In this document: piece by piece, positions 38,926-50,736 of the stretch
Numbering within the stretch: the stretch's first letter is position 1
Layout: each line of letters starts with the position of its first letter
Source of the DNA: Thermoproteota archaeon
GTDB taxonomy: Archaea; Thermoproteota; EX4484-205; JAAOZP01
Assembly (NCBI GenBank): GCA_038867695.1
Contig: JAWBXT010000001.1
Coordinates: forward strand, 169-64,168
Direction of reading: 5' to 3'
DNA: 64,000 nt
Notes under the pieces: model-generated
What the model was told of the DNA's origin: nothing
Database searches by the model: none
Seen by the model: only the letters and a program-made list of their open reading frames with translations
Translations under genes and position numbers: made by a program

Positions 38926-39330
38926 ATGGAAAAGCTTAAGCCGTTACTACGGTTTCTGAGAAATCTTATGGGTAGCTTTAGGTTTAAACAGTGCATAGTA
39001 GTCAGGGACGATTTGAAAATGTCATTAGGAAAGACCTGTGTCCAAGTTGCACATGCAGCCGTCTCAGCAGCTGAGGAGACTCGTAGGCTTAAGCCGGAAT
39101 GGTTTAACGAATGGTTTAAAGAAGGACAGAGGAAAATCGTCCTGAGAGTTAAGTCCCTAGAGGAACTGGTTAAAATCAAGGACATGGCTTTAATCGAGGG
39201 GGTTTCTGCTTGCCTCGTTTCAGATATGGGTCTTACCGAATTACCCCCCGGTACAGTAACCTGTCTAGGCTTGGGACCGGCTCCTGAAGAATTGATGAAT
39301 AGAATTACCGGGGGCTTACCTCTCTTGTAG
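38926..39330 (+). CDS. pth2: peptidyl-tRNA hydrolase, archaeal Pth2
   Basis: KQCIVVRDDLKMSLGKTCVQVAHAAV core with C-terminal GLGP. The true start is probably an internal Met. Confidence 0.8.
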   Translation: MEKLKPLLRFLRNLMGSFRFKQCIVVRDDLKMSLGKTCVQVAHAAVSAAEETRRLKPEWFNEWFKEGQRKIVLRVKSLEELVKIKDMALIEGVSACLVSDMGLTELPPGTVTCLGLGPAPEELMNRITGGLPLL

Positions 39331-39358
39331 AAAAGGGGATGCTAAGGTTTATTAGGTT

Positions 39359-40879
<1,521 letters not shown>

Positions 40880-40982
40880 AAAATTAAACGATTATAAAAA
40901 GGCAAATAGAAAAAATATCACCCTAAAAAAGCTTAAAACTTTCGGTTAATACTACTATTGTTAAAGGCAGGATAGTTGAGAA

Positions 40983-41642
40983 ATGTACCCCACAGAGACA
41001 ACGTTACGGCTTAAACGGCAACTCCTGCAAACATGCCAGGAGCTTGCAAGATATGCCGTGGACTCGGTGAGAGAAGTCCATAATCTAGTTTTGGCTTGTT
41101 TTGACGATGATATTTCGAAACTGGATGAGGCTTTGAATAACATAATTGCTCTTAAAAACAGGTCGATAGAGACCAAGAGAAATCTTTCGAATGATCTGGT
41201 TGAAGCAGGAGCAATAATGGTAAGCAGGGAGGATTTCCTGAGGTTAGCATCACCTTTAACCGGAATACCGGATCTCTGTGAGGGAATAGTATACAGGTTG
41301 AGAGAATTCTTTATGAGGAAGAAAACCGTAGAAAAGAATTTAAAGGAACATTTTAAAGAGCTAACAGTCAAGGCTCTAGATTCAGTTGTTAAAATGAGAG
41401 AAGCAATATTTACACTAGGCTTCGAGACTTCTAAAATACAGGAGTTTGCAAAAAACGTTGAAACTTGCGAAAAGGAAGTTGACAACCTTTTCAGATCACT
41501 GGAGATTAAGATAATATTTTCAAAAACTGATGTCTCTACAATACTACTCCTAAAAGATGTTGCAAACCTTATCGAAGAGGTTGTTGATAGGGCTGCAGAT
41601 GCTGCAGACGCTGCGAGAGTACTGTCTCTAAGTGTATTCTAA
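40983..41642 (+). CDS. DUF47/PhoU-like helical protein
   Basis: 219-aa all-helical protein. The assignment is by overall pattern only. Confidence 0.35.
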   Translation: MYPTETTLRLKRQLLQTCQELARYAVDSVREVHNLVLACFDDDISKLDEALNNIIALKNRSIETKRNLSNDLVEAGAIMVSREDFLRLASPLTGIPDLCEGIVYRLREFFMRKKTVEKNLKEHFKELTVKALDSVVKMREAIFTLGFETSKIQEFAKNVETCEKEVDNLFRSLEIKIIFSKTDVSTILLLKDVANLIEEVVDRAADAADAARVLSLSVF

Positions 41643-41645
41643 AAA

Positions 41646-42221
41646 TTGGTGTGCGTAATGAGTGATAACTTAGCTAAAATAACTGCTGAATTGGTGGGGG
41701 ATCGTCTTATAATATGGGATATAAAGGATTCTCAGGAGGTATATCGAATGGGTTTCTTCGGCAAACCGGTTGGTATTCCTAAGCCTAAGGATTCTAACTT
41801 CAATGCTCCCTTAACATTAGACCTATTTGAGGGACTGTATCTTCTAGAAAAGGGAGTGATAAGAATCGTTGACAAAGACGGTAGAAGAGTGGAACCTGAA
41901 CAACTGTTTAGAATAGCTTCTAGAATCCATGAGGATTTTAAAAGTAAGTTTATAGTTTATAGGGATCTGAGGAATAGAGGATTCATAGTTACTCCTGGAA
42001 TAAAATTTGGATGCGATTTCGCGATATATGAGCACGGCCCAGGAATAGATCATGCGCCGGCAATACTCGAAGTTAAGAAGGTAAGCGATAAAATAGACGC
42101 ACCTGAATTCATCCGCGCAGGGAGGCTTGCGACCTCTGTTAAGAAGCTGTTCGTTTTTGCAATATCTGATACTAAAAACAATAATGTTAAATACTTGGTA
42201 TCTAAATGGTGGAAAGCATAA
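41646..42221 (+). CDS. endA: tRNA-splicing endonuclease catalytic subunit
   Basis: Catalytic-domain signature YRDLRNRGFIV...GIKFGCDFAIYEHGPGIDHAPAILEVKK with the Tyr/His/Lys triad context. Confidence 0.8.
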   Translation: MVCVMSDNLAKITAELVGDRLIIWDIKDSQEVYRMGFFGKPVGIPKPKDSNFNAPLTLDLFEGLYLLEKGVIRIVDKDGRRVEPEQLFRIASRIHEDFKSKFIVYRDLRNRGFIVTPGIKFGCDFAIYEHGPGIDHAPAILEVKKVSDKIDAPEFIRAGRLATSVKKLFVFAISDTKNNNVKYLVSKWWKA

Positions 42222-42287
42222 ATTTAAGTAAAATTATAGAGAACCCTACTATTTCGAGTTCATTTTCTTGTAGCTACTTTTGGAGCT

Positions 42288-42659
42288 TTAAACCATACGC
42301 TCAAGTACGTGTCTCTTCAAGCTATCTATCAGATTAGAGTCAAGAGAGTTAATAACCTTAAATATTCTTACATCAGTAACCTTGTAAAGCCGTCTATTTC
42401 CAACTTTGCTTTCCTCGACCATCCCACATTCCTTCAATATCTTCAAGTGACGTGAAACTGCTGGCTGAACAACTCCTGTCCTCTTTACAATATCGCTTAC
42501 ATACTTTCCGCCTTCCTTAAGGAGCTCCATAATCTCTAACCGGGCAGGATCGCTTAGAGCCTTGAACACCTTTGCTCTGAATACTTCTGGTTTCTTCCCT
42601 GCTTGCTTCATGGCTTCAGTATAGTCTTTAATACGTATATTTAAGTATTCACTGTTCAT
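42288..42659 (-). CDS. ArsR/SmtB-family transcriptional regulator
   Basis: HTH segment ARLEIMELLKEGGKYVSDIVKRTGVVQPAVSRHLKIL. Confidence 0.8.
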   Translation of the reverse strand: MNSEYLNIRIKDYTEAMKQAGKKPEVFRAKVFKALSDPARLEIMELLKEGGKYVSDIVKRTGVVQPAVSRHLKILKECGMVEESKVGNRRLYKVTDVRIFKVINSLDSNLIDSLKRHVLERMV

Positions 42660-42836
42660 AAGAAAAATAACAAAAATTAAATAAATACCCTAGTGAAAAA
42701 AAGCTTCTAAAAACAATGTGGAAGTTAAATGGGAATAATAGATAAATGATTCTCTGCTAAAGTCGAATTTAGACATAATGATACATATGAGACATTAATG
42801 GAAAATAACGTATCTAGCTGTTTTTCCTCTAAGAAG

Positions 42837-43004
42837 TCCCGCGGGCTGGATTTGAACCAGCGACACTCCGGTTTCTGTCCGCCCGGTAGGCTGAACGCCT
42901 CCACCCGCGGTGGAGGACTACAGCCGGAAGCTCTACCAGGCTGCTCTTTAAATACTGGATTTGCATACGTGCAAGCCCAGTATTTAAATCTGAGCTACCG
43001 CGGG
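42837..43004 (-). tRNA. tRNA-Tyr (anticodon GTA) interrupted by two introns (D-loop ~48 nt, anticodon loop ~44 nt)
   Basis: Reverse complement: acceptor CCCGCGG/CCGCGGG with the archaeal Tyr identity pair C1:G72 and A73. D-arm GCTC...AGCCTGGTAGAGC is split by a palindromic insert (ATTTAAATACTGG...CCAGTATTTAAA). Anticodon stem TCCGG/CCGGA with loop CTGTAG plus a second insert. T-arm GCTGG-TTCAAAT-CCAGC. Confidence 0.7.
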
Positions 43005-43028
43005 ACGTTTTTGTTATACGTCTACGTC

Positions 43029-43042
43029 CTTTTTAACTTTTC
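43029..43042 (-). promoter_or_regulatory. putative BRE/TATA (GAAAAG TTAAAAAG) about 25-38 nt upstream of tRNA-Tyr
   Basis: A/T-rich box at the expected archaeal promoter distance. Confidence 0.3.
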
Positions 43043-43262
43043 TTCGGGTATATTTTCGAGTCGAAGAAACAATAATACAGTTACCAATAGCACTGCTTCA
43101 CTAGGCTTTAAGCTCGGTGCTGTCAACTTAAAACTCACCCTAATATATCCCTGTTTTTAAAAAGGAGGCTAATGACCATTGTTTTCCCTAGGCTTTTACC
43201 GGACCTTCTTTTTAGGAGGGAAACGTTTATTACCACCTTTTCCATACCCCACTTGACGCTGC

Positions 43263-43520
43263 TTGGTTAGTAAGAAAAACATTAGTAAAGTTAACATACT
43301 CGATCATGTTTTAGTGCCCCGTCACCGGGTTTTATCTATTGAGGAGAAGGAAGCCCTCCTGAAAAAGTATAATATTAAACTCTCGCAATTGCCCAAGATG
43401 CTTACCAGCGACCCTGTTGCTGTGGCCTTAGGAGCTAAACCTGGAGATGTTGTAGAAATCATAAGAAAGAGCCCCGTTGCCGGGGAGACTTTAGCATATC
43501 GATTAGTAGTGGAGGGGTAG
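43263..43520 (+). CDS. rpoH: DNA-directed RNA polymerase subunit H (Rpb5-like)
   Basis: [18 protein letters not shown]...[22 protein letters not shown], immediately upstream of rpoB. Confidence 0.8.
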   Translation: MVSKKNISKVNILDHVLVPRHRVLSIEEKEALLKKYNIKLSQLPKMLTSDPVAVALGAKPGDVVEIIRKSPVAGETLAYRLVVEG

Positions 43521-43524
43521 GGGT

Positions 43525-46500
43525 TTGGGCAATATAGCTGAAGAGCTTACCGAAGCCGACCTCTGGACAGTTGCTGAGAGCTATATTAAGAGTATCGGGC
43601 TGGCGAGGCATCACATAGATTCGTTTAATGAGTTTGTAGACAAGGATATGCAGAAAATAGTTGATGAGGCTAAGAGCATAGAGGTTAATGTAGAAGACAA
43701 GATCATCCGCGTGGAGTTTGGAGAAATAAGAGCCCATGTACCGAGAATCATAGAGCCCAGCGGAGCTGTAAGAAACGTGTACCCCATGGAAGCTAGGATG
43801 AGAAACTTCACATACGCTGCTCCGATTTATCTTGAGATTAAAGAGTTGAGGGATGGGAGGGAGACTAGACAAGAGGTTCTCATAGGGGAGATCCCCATCA
43901 TGGTTAATTCAAGGTACTGTGCACTCGCCGGCCTCGGCCCTGATGCGAGAATCAGGCTTGGGGAAGACCCCTATGACCCTGGTGGATACTTCATAATAAA
44001 CGGCTCCGAGAGAGTCATAGTCGGTGTCGAAGACCTTGCTCCAAATAGGATAATCCTGGAGGAAAAGAAGATAGGCCCGTACTCCTTTTACATCGCCCGA
44101 GTATTCTCGACCACTGTAGGATATAGGACGAGGGTTGAAGTAAGACTGAAGGGACAGAGTAATGAGCTCAAAGTCTATCTTCCAGGAGTTGGACAGGAAA
44201 TTCCATTCGTAATAATGCTGAAGGCTCTTGGAATGTCTTCAGACAAAGAGATAGCAGAGCATGTTTCACCATTCCCTGAAATCCAAGAGTTGCTGGCACC
44301 ATCTTTCGATGCTGCCCAGAATATTATGAGCAAGGAAGACGCCATAATGTTTATAGGTAACAGAGTTGCCTACGGTCAGTCCGACAAGGTTCGTTTAAAT
44401 AAGACTCAGAACGTTCTAGATAAAATTCTGCTACCCCATATCGGTATGGATGAGTCTGCCCGATACAATAAAGCTCTTTTCCTCTGTGAAATGGCTGAAA
44501 GAATTCTCGCTATGAAGCTTGGCTGGCGTCCTCCAGATGATAAGGATCATTATAGGAATAAGAGGATTAGGCTTGCAGGAGGGCTTCTTGCCGAGCTATT
44601 TAGAACATCCTTCCGAAGGATGGTTAGAGACTTTAGGTACCAGCTTGAAAAGTTCAGCCTCAGACACAGAGCCATTTATTCCTTCTCGAACCTGATCACT
44701 ACAAGCCTAATCACCGATACTATAAACCAAGCCATGGCTACTGGGAACTGGGGGAAGAGACTTGTCGGTGTAACTCAGCTTCTGGATAGAACTAACTACA
44801 TATCTGTTCTAAGCCATTTAAGGAGAATTCAGTCTCCCCTGAGTAGAAGCCAATCAAACTTCGATGCTAGAGATCTACATCCCACTCAATGGGGTAAGCT
44901 GGATCCCAACGAGACTCCAGAGGGTGTGAATTGTGGTCTTGTGAAGAACATGAGCATAGGGGCGCAGGTCTCGGTTTCAGCAGACAAGTCCGTACTGGAC
45001 AGGGTTCTTTCAAAATTTGGCATCATCCCTGCAACTAAAGCTGATTTGGAAACCCGTTCAACGGCTTCAAAGATATTCATAGACGGAGTTTTAGTCGGTT
45101 ACTCTCACTCTGGCGAGGCCCTGGTTAGGGAGATCAGGAGCCTGAGGAGGAGAGGAGTAATACCGCCGGAGATAAACGTAGCATATTACGAGTTTAACTA
45201 TGGTGGGAGGATTGTTAAAGAAGTCTACTTTAACGCTGACCCTGGCAGAGTCAGAAGACCCCTTATAGTCGTAGAAGACGGGCAGGTCAAGCTTACTAAG
45301 GAGCATGTTTCTAAGCTAGCCCTCGGTAAAATAAGCTTTGACGACCTTGTTAATAACGGGGTGATCGAATTCTTAGATGCTGACGAAGAGGAGAATGCTC
45401 TCATAGCAGTATCGTTGAAAGATGTTACGAATGAAACAACGCATTTAGAGATAAGCCCGATACTCATGTTTGGCGTTGTTTCCACATCCGTCCCCTTTGC
45501 AGAACATAATCATTCCCCCAGGAATACTTATGAAGCGGCGATGGCTAAGCAGGCTCTTGGACTTCCATTCACTAATGTCAGCAATACCTTTTATACAACA
45601 TTCCACGTCATAACTTATCCGCAAATCCCCCTAGTGGCCTCTAGGGTCGATCCGATCATAGGCTTAGATAAGAGGCCCACGGGACAAAATTTCCTCGTAG
45701 CAGTACTCTCCCACCCATACAATATGGAGGACGCTATAGTTTTGAATGCCGCATCAATACAGCGGGGCCTTGCTAGATCAACTACTTACAAGTCGTATGA
45801 AGTCGAGGCCAGGAGATATCCTATGGGCGAAGTAGATAGGATAGAAAAGCCGGATTCCCAAGTTAGGGGCTACAGAGGAGACGAGGCTTATGCTAAGATA
45901 GAAGAAGACGGGATAGTTTCGATAGAAGCGGAGGTTAAGGGTGGAGAGGTTATCGTTGGAAGATCAAGCCCACCAAGGTTTTTTGAAGAATACAAGGAGC
46001 TTGTTTTCCAAGCGCCTGCTCGAAGAGATTCCTCAGTAGCCTTGAAACCGTCTGAGAGCGGTTATGTGGACAGCGTGATGATAACAGAGGATTTGGAAAA
46101 TAATAGGCTAATAAAAGTGAGAGTTAGGGATCATAGGATTCCGGAAATAGGGGACAAGTTTGCTTCTAGGTCTGGTCAGAAAGGGGTTATTGGAATGCTT
46201 GTCCCTCAGACGGATATGCCCTTCACGGAAGATGGTTTGGTCCCAGATTTATTGATAAATCCGCATGCCATTCCATCTAGAATGACTATAAGCCATTTCC
46301 TTGAATCATTATTCGGCATTGCCGCAGCACTCGAGGGTAGACAGATGGATGGAACAACCTTTATACATACGCCGGAACAAGAGGTTCAAAGGATTCTCGA
46401 AGAACACGGTTTCTCACCATATGGCGAGTTTGACTTTATAGATGGTATTACTGGAAAACGTTTTAGAGCGAAGGTTTTCATGGGGATAATTTACTACCAG

Positions 46501-46887
46501 AGACTCCATCACATGGTCAAGGATAAGATGCATGCAAGGGCTAGGGGACAGGTCCAGATGCTAACGCATCAACCTACCGAAGGAAGGTCTAGAGGGGGCG
46601 GCTTAAGATTTGGTGAAATGGAGAGGGACTGTTTAGTAGGACACGGAGCAGCCAGGCTTCTCCAAGACAGGCTTTTAGAAGAATCAGATAGGGCTATAGT
46701 ATACGTGTGTGAGAAATGTGGCACTTTTGCTTATTATGATGCCAAACAGAAGAAATACGTCTGTCCACTCTGTGAAAAAGGAAAGGATGTTAGCGGTATC
46801 GAGATTTCCTACGCGTTCAAGCTTCTCCTTCAAGAGTTGATGAGTCTCGGAATCTTCCCAAGAATAAGGGTTAGGGAGAAGGTGTAG
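43525..46887 (+). CDS. rpoB: DNA-directed RNA polymerase subunit B (unsplit)
   Basis: 1120 aa with the GDKFASRSGQKG catalytic region and a C-terminal Zn-ribbon CEKCG...CPLC. Confidence 0.95.
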   Translation: MGNIAEELTEADLWTVAESYIKSIGLARHHIDSFNEFVDKDMQKIVDEAKSIEVNVEDKIIRVEFGEIRAHVPRIIEPSGAVRNVYPMEARMRNFTYAAPIYLEIKELRDGRETRQEVLIGEIPIMVNSRYCALAGLGPDARIRLGEDPYDPGGYFIINGSERVIVGVEDLAPNRIILEEKKIGPYSFYIARVFSTTVGYRTRVEVRLKGQSNELKVYLPGVGQEIPFVIMLKALGMSSDKEIAEHVSPFPEIQELLAPSFDAAQNIMSKEDAIMFIGNRVAYGQSDKVRLNKTQNVLDKILLPHIGMDESARYNKALFLCEMAERILAMKLGWRPPDDKDHYRNKRIRLAGGLLAELFRTSFRRMVRDFRYQLEKFSLRHRAIYSFSNLITTSLITDTINQAMATGNWGKRLVGVTQLLDRTNYISVLSHLRRIQSPLSRSQSNFDARDLHPTQWGKLDPNETPEGVNCGLVKNMSIGAQVSVSADKSVLDRVLSKFGIIPATKADLETRSTASKIFIDGVLVGYSHSGEALVREIRSLRRRGVIPPEINVAYYEFNYGGRIVKEVYFNADPGRVRRPLIVVEDGQVKLTKEHVSKLALGKISFDDLVNNGVIEFLDADEEENALIAVSLKDVTNETTHLEISPILMFGVVSTSVPFAEHNHSPRNTYEAAMAKQALGLPFTNVSNTFYTTFHVITYPQIPLVASRVDPIIGLDKRPTGQNFLVAVLSHPYNMEDAIVLNAASIQRGLARSTTYKSYEVEARRYPMGEVDRIEKPDSQVRGYRGDEAYAKIEEDGIVSIEAEVKGGEVIVGRSSPPRFFEEYKELVFQAPARRDSSVALKPSESGYVDSVMITEDLENNRLIKVRVRDHRIPEIGDKFASRSGQKGVIGMLVPQTDMPFTEDGLVPDLLINPHAIPSRMTISHFLESLFGIAAALEGRQMDGTTFIHTPEQEVQRILEEHGFSPYGEFDFIDGITGKRFRAKVFMGIIYYQRLHHMVKDKMHARARGQVQMLTHQPTEGRSRGGGLRFGEMERDCLVGHGAARLLQDRLLEESDRAIVYVCEKCGTFAYYDAKQKKYVCPLCEKGKDVSGIEISYAFKLLLQELMSLGIFPRIRVREKV

Positions 46888-46890
46888 ACA

Positions 46891-49800
46891 ATGAGTCAAG
46901 AAGTTGAGATAAAGCAGATAGATTCGATAAAGTTTGGAGTACTGTCTCCCGCTGAGATCAGGAGACTCTCCGTAATGGAAATAACGACTGACGAGACATA
47001 TGATCAAGATGGGCTCTCAGTTCCCGGCGGAATAATGGATACACGTCTAGGCACTATAGAGCCCAGGCAGAGATGCAAGACTTGCGGCAACCTGCCTGAT
47101 AAATGCCCAGGACACTTCGGCCACATAGAACTACCTGTTCCAGTAATACATGTTTCATTCGCACGGGAAATTGAGCGCGTTTTACAATCTACTTGCAGAC
47201 AGTGTGGCAGAATCCTCCTGCCAAACGATAGAATAAGCCATTACAAAGAGAAGATGAGGGAGTATGAGGATCTCTATGGTATCGTACCAGAACAAATCTT
47301 CGATCAGATAAAGGATGAAGTTAGGAGGGCTAACAGGTGTCCACACTGCGGTGCTGAGAAATACCAGATAAAGCTTGAAAGACCTACGAAATTCTATGAG
47401 AGAGATCCGGAGGGGGCTCTCAGACTATTAAACTCTCGGATAATAAGAGAGCGTTTAAACTCGATCCCCGATGAAGACCTTAGGCTCCTAAACATAGATC
47501 CGGAGGTCGCTCATCCTGCATGGTACGTTATAGAAGTTCTTCCGGTTCCGCCAATTCAGGTAAGACCCTCGATAATACTTGAAACTGGAGAAAGGTCTGA
47601 AGACGATCTGACCCATAAGCTTGTCGACATAATAAGGACGGCGCGCAGGATAAGGGAATACATAGAGTCCGGGGCATCCCCACTAATAATACAAGATCAT
47701 GAGGATCTTCTGCAATATCACGTAACAACATATTTCGACAACGAAGCTGTTGGAATACTCCCAGCTCAGCATAGGACCCGCAAGACACTTAGGACGCTTG
47801 CACAGAGGCTGAAGGGTAAGGAGGGGCGTTTCCGGAAAAACCTTTCTGGAAAGAGAGTTGACTTCTCCGCCAGGACAGTAATATCTCCTGACCCCTATCT
47901 CGACATCGATGAGGTTGGAGTCCCCGTGGAGGTTGCTAAGATACTCACAGTGCCTGATAGAGTTACTTACTGGAACAGGGACTGGTTAATGCAGCTCGTC
48001 AGAAACGGACCGTTCACTCACCCCGGCTCAGAATATATAATTAGACCTACTGGTGCTAAGCATAAGCTCCAGTTCGTTGAGAATAGGGAAGCACTGGCTG
48101 AAGCACTCGATGTAGGCTTCATTGTCGAAAGACACTTACTTGATGGGGATTTCGTTATTTTCAACAGGCAGCCCTCGCTTCACCGCCTCTCAATGCTCGG
48201 GCATAGAGTAAGAGTTCTTCCCGGGAAGACCTTCAGACTGAACCCCAGCGTCTGTCCGCCCTATAACGCTGACTTCGACGGGGATGAAATGAACCTCCAT
48301 GTTCCACAGAGCATCGAGGCCTCTGTAGAAACAAGTATGTTGTTAGGAGTCAAAAACCATTACCTTACTCCGAGGTATGGCGCACCGATAATGGGAGCTA
48401 TAAGAGATTTCATAACAGGGGCCTACCTCCTAACTAGAAAAGACACCTATCTCACTAAGGAAGAGTTTACGAGAATATTGTATGCTGCAGGTTATGAGGG
48501 GGATCTCCCAGAGCCCGAGGTTAAAACGCCAGAACCCCTATGGTCAGGCAGGCAGGCGGTCAGTCTTCTGCTCAGGAGAGACTTCAACTACGTTGGCAAA
48601 ACCAGTGTAGGAAGTACAGCAAGCAAAGAGGAGGCGGAAATAGTAATAAAGAACGGTAAAATAATATCTGGAGTTATCGATAAGGCTTCAATAGGCGCTG
48701 AGAAAGCGGATACAATCCTACATAGGATAATAAAGAAGTACGGGCTTGAGGAGGGCCATAGATTCCTATCCTCGTTCGAGAAAATGGTTAGGGAGTTTAT
48801 TCTATTAAGAGGCTTTAGCTTCAGTTACCGGGATGTAGAACTGCCTAGAGACGTTCAGGAGCGAGTTGAAAGGGAGGTAGATCAGGCGGATATTGAGGTG
48901 GAGAAACTGCTTGAAGACTGGAAGAGAGGCAGGATAAAGAGAATTCCAGGTATGAGTGAAGAAGAAAGCCTGGAGGCTTACATAATGGATGCTCTTTCAA
49001 ATGTTAGGAGTAAAGTAGGTAGCCTCGTTTCATCGTCACTAGGAATGGATAACAGCATGGTTGTTATGACCAAGACGGGGGCAAGGGGCTCGGACCTTAA
49101 CGTTGGTCAAATATCCGGTTGTCTAGGGCAGCAGGCTTTAAGGGGCAAGAGAATCTTCAAAGGATATTTTGAGAGGCCTCTACCCCATTTCCATAGGGGG
49201 GACCTAGGCCCGCTTGCAAGAGGATTCATAAAATCCAATTATTACCAAGGCCTTTCACCCATAGAGCTTTTCTACCACTCCATGAGCGGGCGGGAGTCTC
49301 TTGTTGATACTGCAGTCAGGACTCAGCAGAGCGGATATCTACAGCGCAGGCTGATACATGCCCTAGAATCTCTCAGGGTAGAGTACGATGGAACCGTAAG
49401 AGACTCCTACGGCAATATTATCGACATAATATACGGTGAAGACGGTGTAGACCCTTCAAAGAGCGACCATGGGAAGTCTGTCGACGCCTTCAGGATAGTG
49501 GAGGAATACTCATTATCTTTGCCGAAGAAGGGAAATCCAGCGAGTAAACAGGCTGTTAAGAAGATGATTGAAGAGCACGGCAGGATACTCCCAACCAGCA
49601 TCAAGAAGGAGGCTTTCCACGCTATAGTCTCTAAGCGTCTCCCAGCATCAGCCGCTAGGAAAGTTGTGGAGAGAATAGTTGAAGAGTATAAGAGGGCGCT
49701 CGTGGAAGCCGGCGAGAGCGTTGGAATCGTCGCAGCACAATCCATAGGAGAACCTGGGACTCAGATGACCCTCAGAACTTTTCACTACGCTGGTGTCAGA

Positions 49801-50736
49801 GAGGCGAACGTAACTCTAGGGTTACCGAGGCTTATCGAACTTCTTGATGCTAGGAAGACGCCGAAGACGCCGATGATGACCGTCTATCTAAAAAGCCCCT
49901 ATAACAAGGATTATAGCAGGGCACTTAGAGTCGCTAGGAAGATGGTTTATACGACAATCGAGGACGTTGCCAGAATAGGGTTGAAATCAACTACTGCGCA
50001 TGATTACCTCGTCATACACCCTGTTAAAGAATGGTTGGCAGAAAGAGGGCTTTCTGAAGACGATATACAAAAAGTACTTAAGGCACTGAACCTGAAGTTT
50101 AACGTTAAAAGCGACGGCAGCTTTGAAATACCCATTAGAAACGACTCGCAGAAACTCGAGACTAAGATAAGGAAGACTCCCGTGAGTGGCATAACTGGAG
50201 TCAAGGGGGTTCTCTTAAAGGAGGAGAATAATGAATACTGTATAATAACAGAGGGGAGCAATCTATTGGAGGCCTTCAATATTCCTGAGGTGGATTACAC
50301 CAAGACTATAAGCAACGATATCCATGAAATCGCTGAAGTACTTGGCATAGAGGCGGCAAGAGCAGCCTTAATAAACGAGATGTGGAAGACTCTGAATGAA
50401 CAGGGCTTGGACGTTGATTGGAGACATCTCTCACTCGTTGCGAGTGCAATGACCCAAGATGGAACTGTGAAGCAGATAGGCAGACACGGGGTAAGTGGAA
50501 GCAAACAGAGTATTCTGGCTAAAGCCGCTTTCGAGAGGGCTGTTCAAGTCCTCGTTGAGGGGGCTGTAGCAGGGATGGAGGATAAGCTACTCGGTATGAC
50601 TGAGAGAGTTCTCGCAGGCTCGGAAATTTACGCTGGAACAGGGATGGTCAAGGTATATGTTGATATAGGAGGTTTTACGAGGGGCAGGGAGGGTGCTGAG
50701 GATGTCCGAGAAAACTTCGTTAAGCAGCAGGCTTGA
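46891..50736 (+). CDS. rpoA: DNA-directed RNA polymerase subunit A, apparently fused A' + A'' (1281 aa, single ORF)
   Basis: N-terminal Zn motifs, NADFDGDEMN catalytic loop, YGEDGVDP (A' C-terminal region), then in the same frame MIEEHG...AAQSIGEPGTQMTLRTFHYAGV (trigger-loop start of A''). There is no intervening stop. Confidence 0.85.
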   Translation: MSQEVEIKQIDSIKFGVLSPAEIRRLSVMEITTDETYDQDGLSVPGGIMDTRLGTIEPRQRCKTCGNLPDKCPGHFGHIELPVPVIHVSFAREIERVLQSTCRQCGRILLPNDRISHYKEKMREYEDLYGIVPEQIFDQIKDEVRRANRCPHCGAEKYQIKLERPTKFYERDPEGALRLLNSRIIRERLNSIPDEDLRLLNIDPEVAHPAWYVIEVLPVPPIQVRPSIILETGERSEDDLTHKLVDIIRTARRIREYIESGASPLIIQDHEDLLQYHVTTYFDNEAVGILPAQHRTRKTLRTLAQRLKGKEGRFRKNLSGKRVDFSARTVISPDPYLDIDEVGVPVEVAKILTVPDRVTYWNRDWLMQLVRNGPFTHPGSEYIIRPTGAKHKLQFVENREALAEALDVGFIVERHLLDGDFVIFNRQPSLHRLSMLGHRVRVLPGKTFRLNPSVCPPYNADFDGDEMNLHVPQSIEASVETSMLLGVKNHYLTPRYGAPIMGAIRDFITGAYLLTRKDTYLTKEEFTRILYAAGYEGDLPEPEVKTPEPLWSGRQAVSLLLRRDFNYVGKTSVGSTASKEEAEIVIKNGKIISGVIDKASIGAEKADTILHRIIKKYGLEEGHRFLSSFEKMVREFILLRGFSFSYRDVELPRDVQERVEREVDQADIEVEKLLEDWKRGRIKRIPGMSEEESLEAYIMDALSNVRSKVGSLVSSSLGMDNSMVVMTKTGARGSDLNVGQISGCLGQQALRGKRIFKGYFERPLPHFHRGDLGPLARGFIKSNYYQGLSPIELFYHSMSGRESLVDTAVRTQQSGYLQRRLIHALESLRVEYDGTVRDSYGNIIDIIYGEDGVDPSKSDHGKSVDAFRIVEEYSLSLPKKGNPASKQAVKKMIEEHGRILPTSIKKEAFHAIVSKRLPASAARKVVERIVEEYKRALVEAGESVGIVAAQSIGEPGTQMTLRTFHYAGVREANVTLGLPRLIELLDARKTPKTPMMTVYLKSPYNKDYSRALRVARKMVYTTIEDVARIGLKSTTAHDYLVIHPVKEWLAERGLSEDDIQKVLKALNLKFNVKSDGSFEIPIRNDSQKLETKIRKTPVSGITGVKGVLLKEENNEYCIITEGSNLLEAFNIPEVDYTKTISNDIHEIAEVLGIEAARAALINEMWKTLNEQGLDVDWRHLSLVASAMTQDGTVKQIGRHGVSGSKQSILAKAAFERAVQVLVEGAVAGMEDKLLGMTERVLAGSEIYAGTGMVKVYVDIGGFTRGREGAEDVRENFVKQQA

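Noticed and set aside
42798-43160. 120-aa plus-strand ORF listed in the track
   Set aside because: It lies antisense across the tRNA-Tyr gene and its promoter, has low-complexity composition and no motif. It is a spurious frame.
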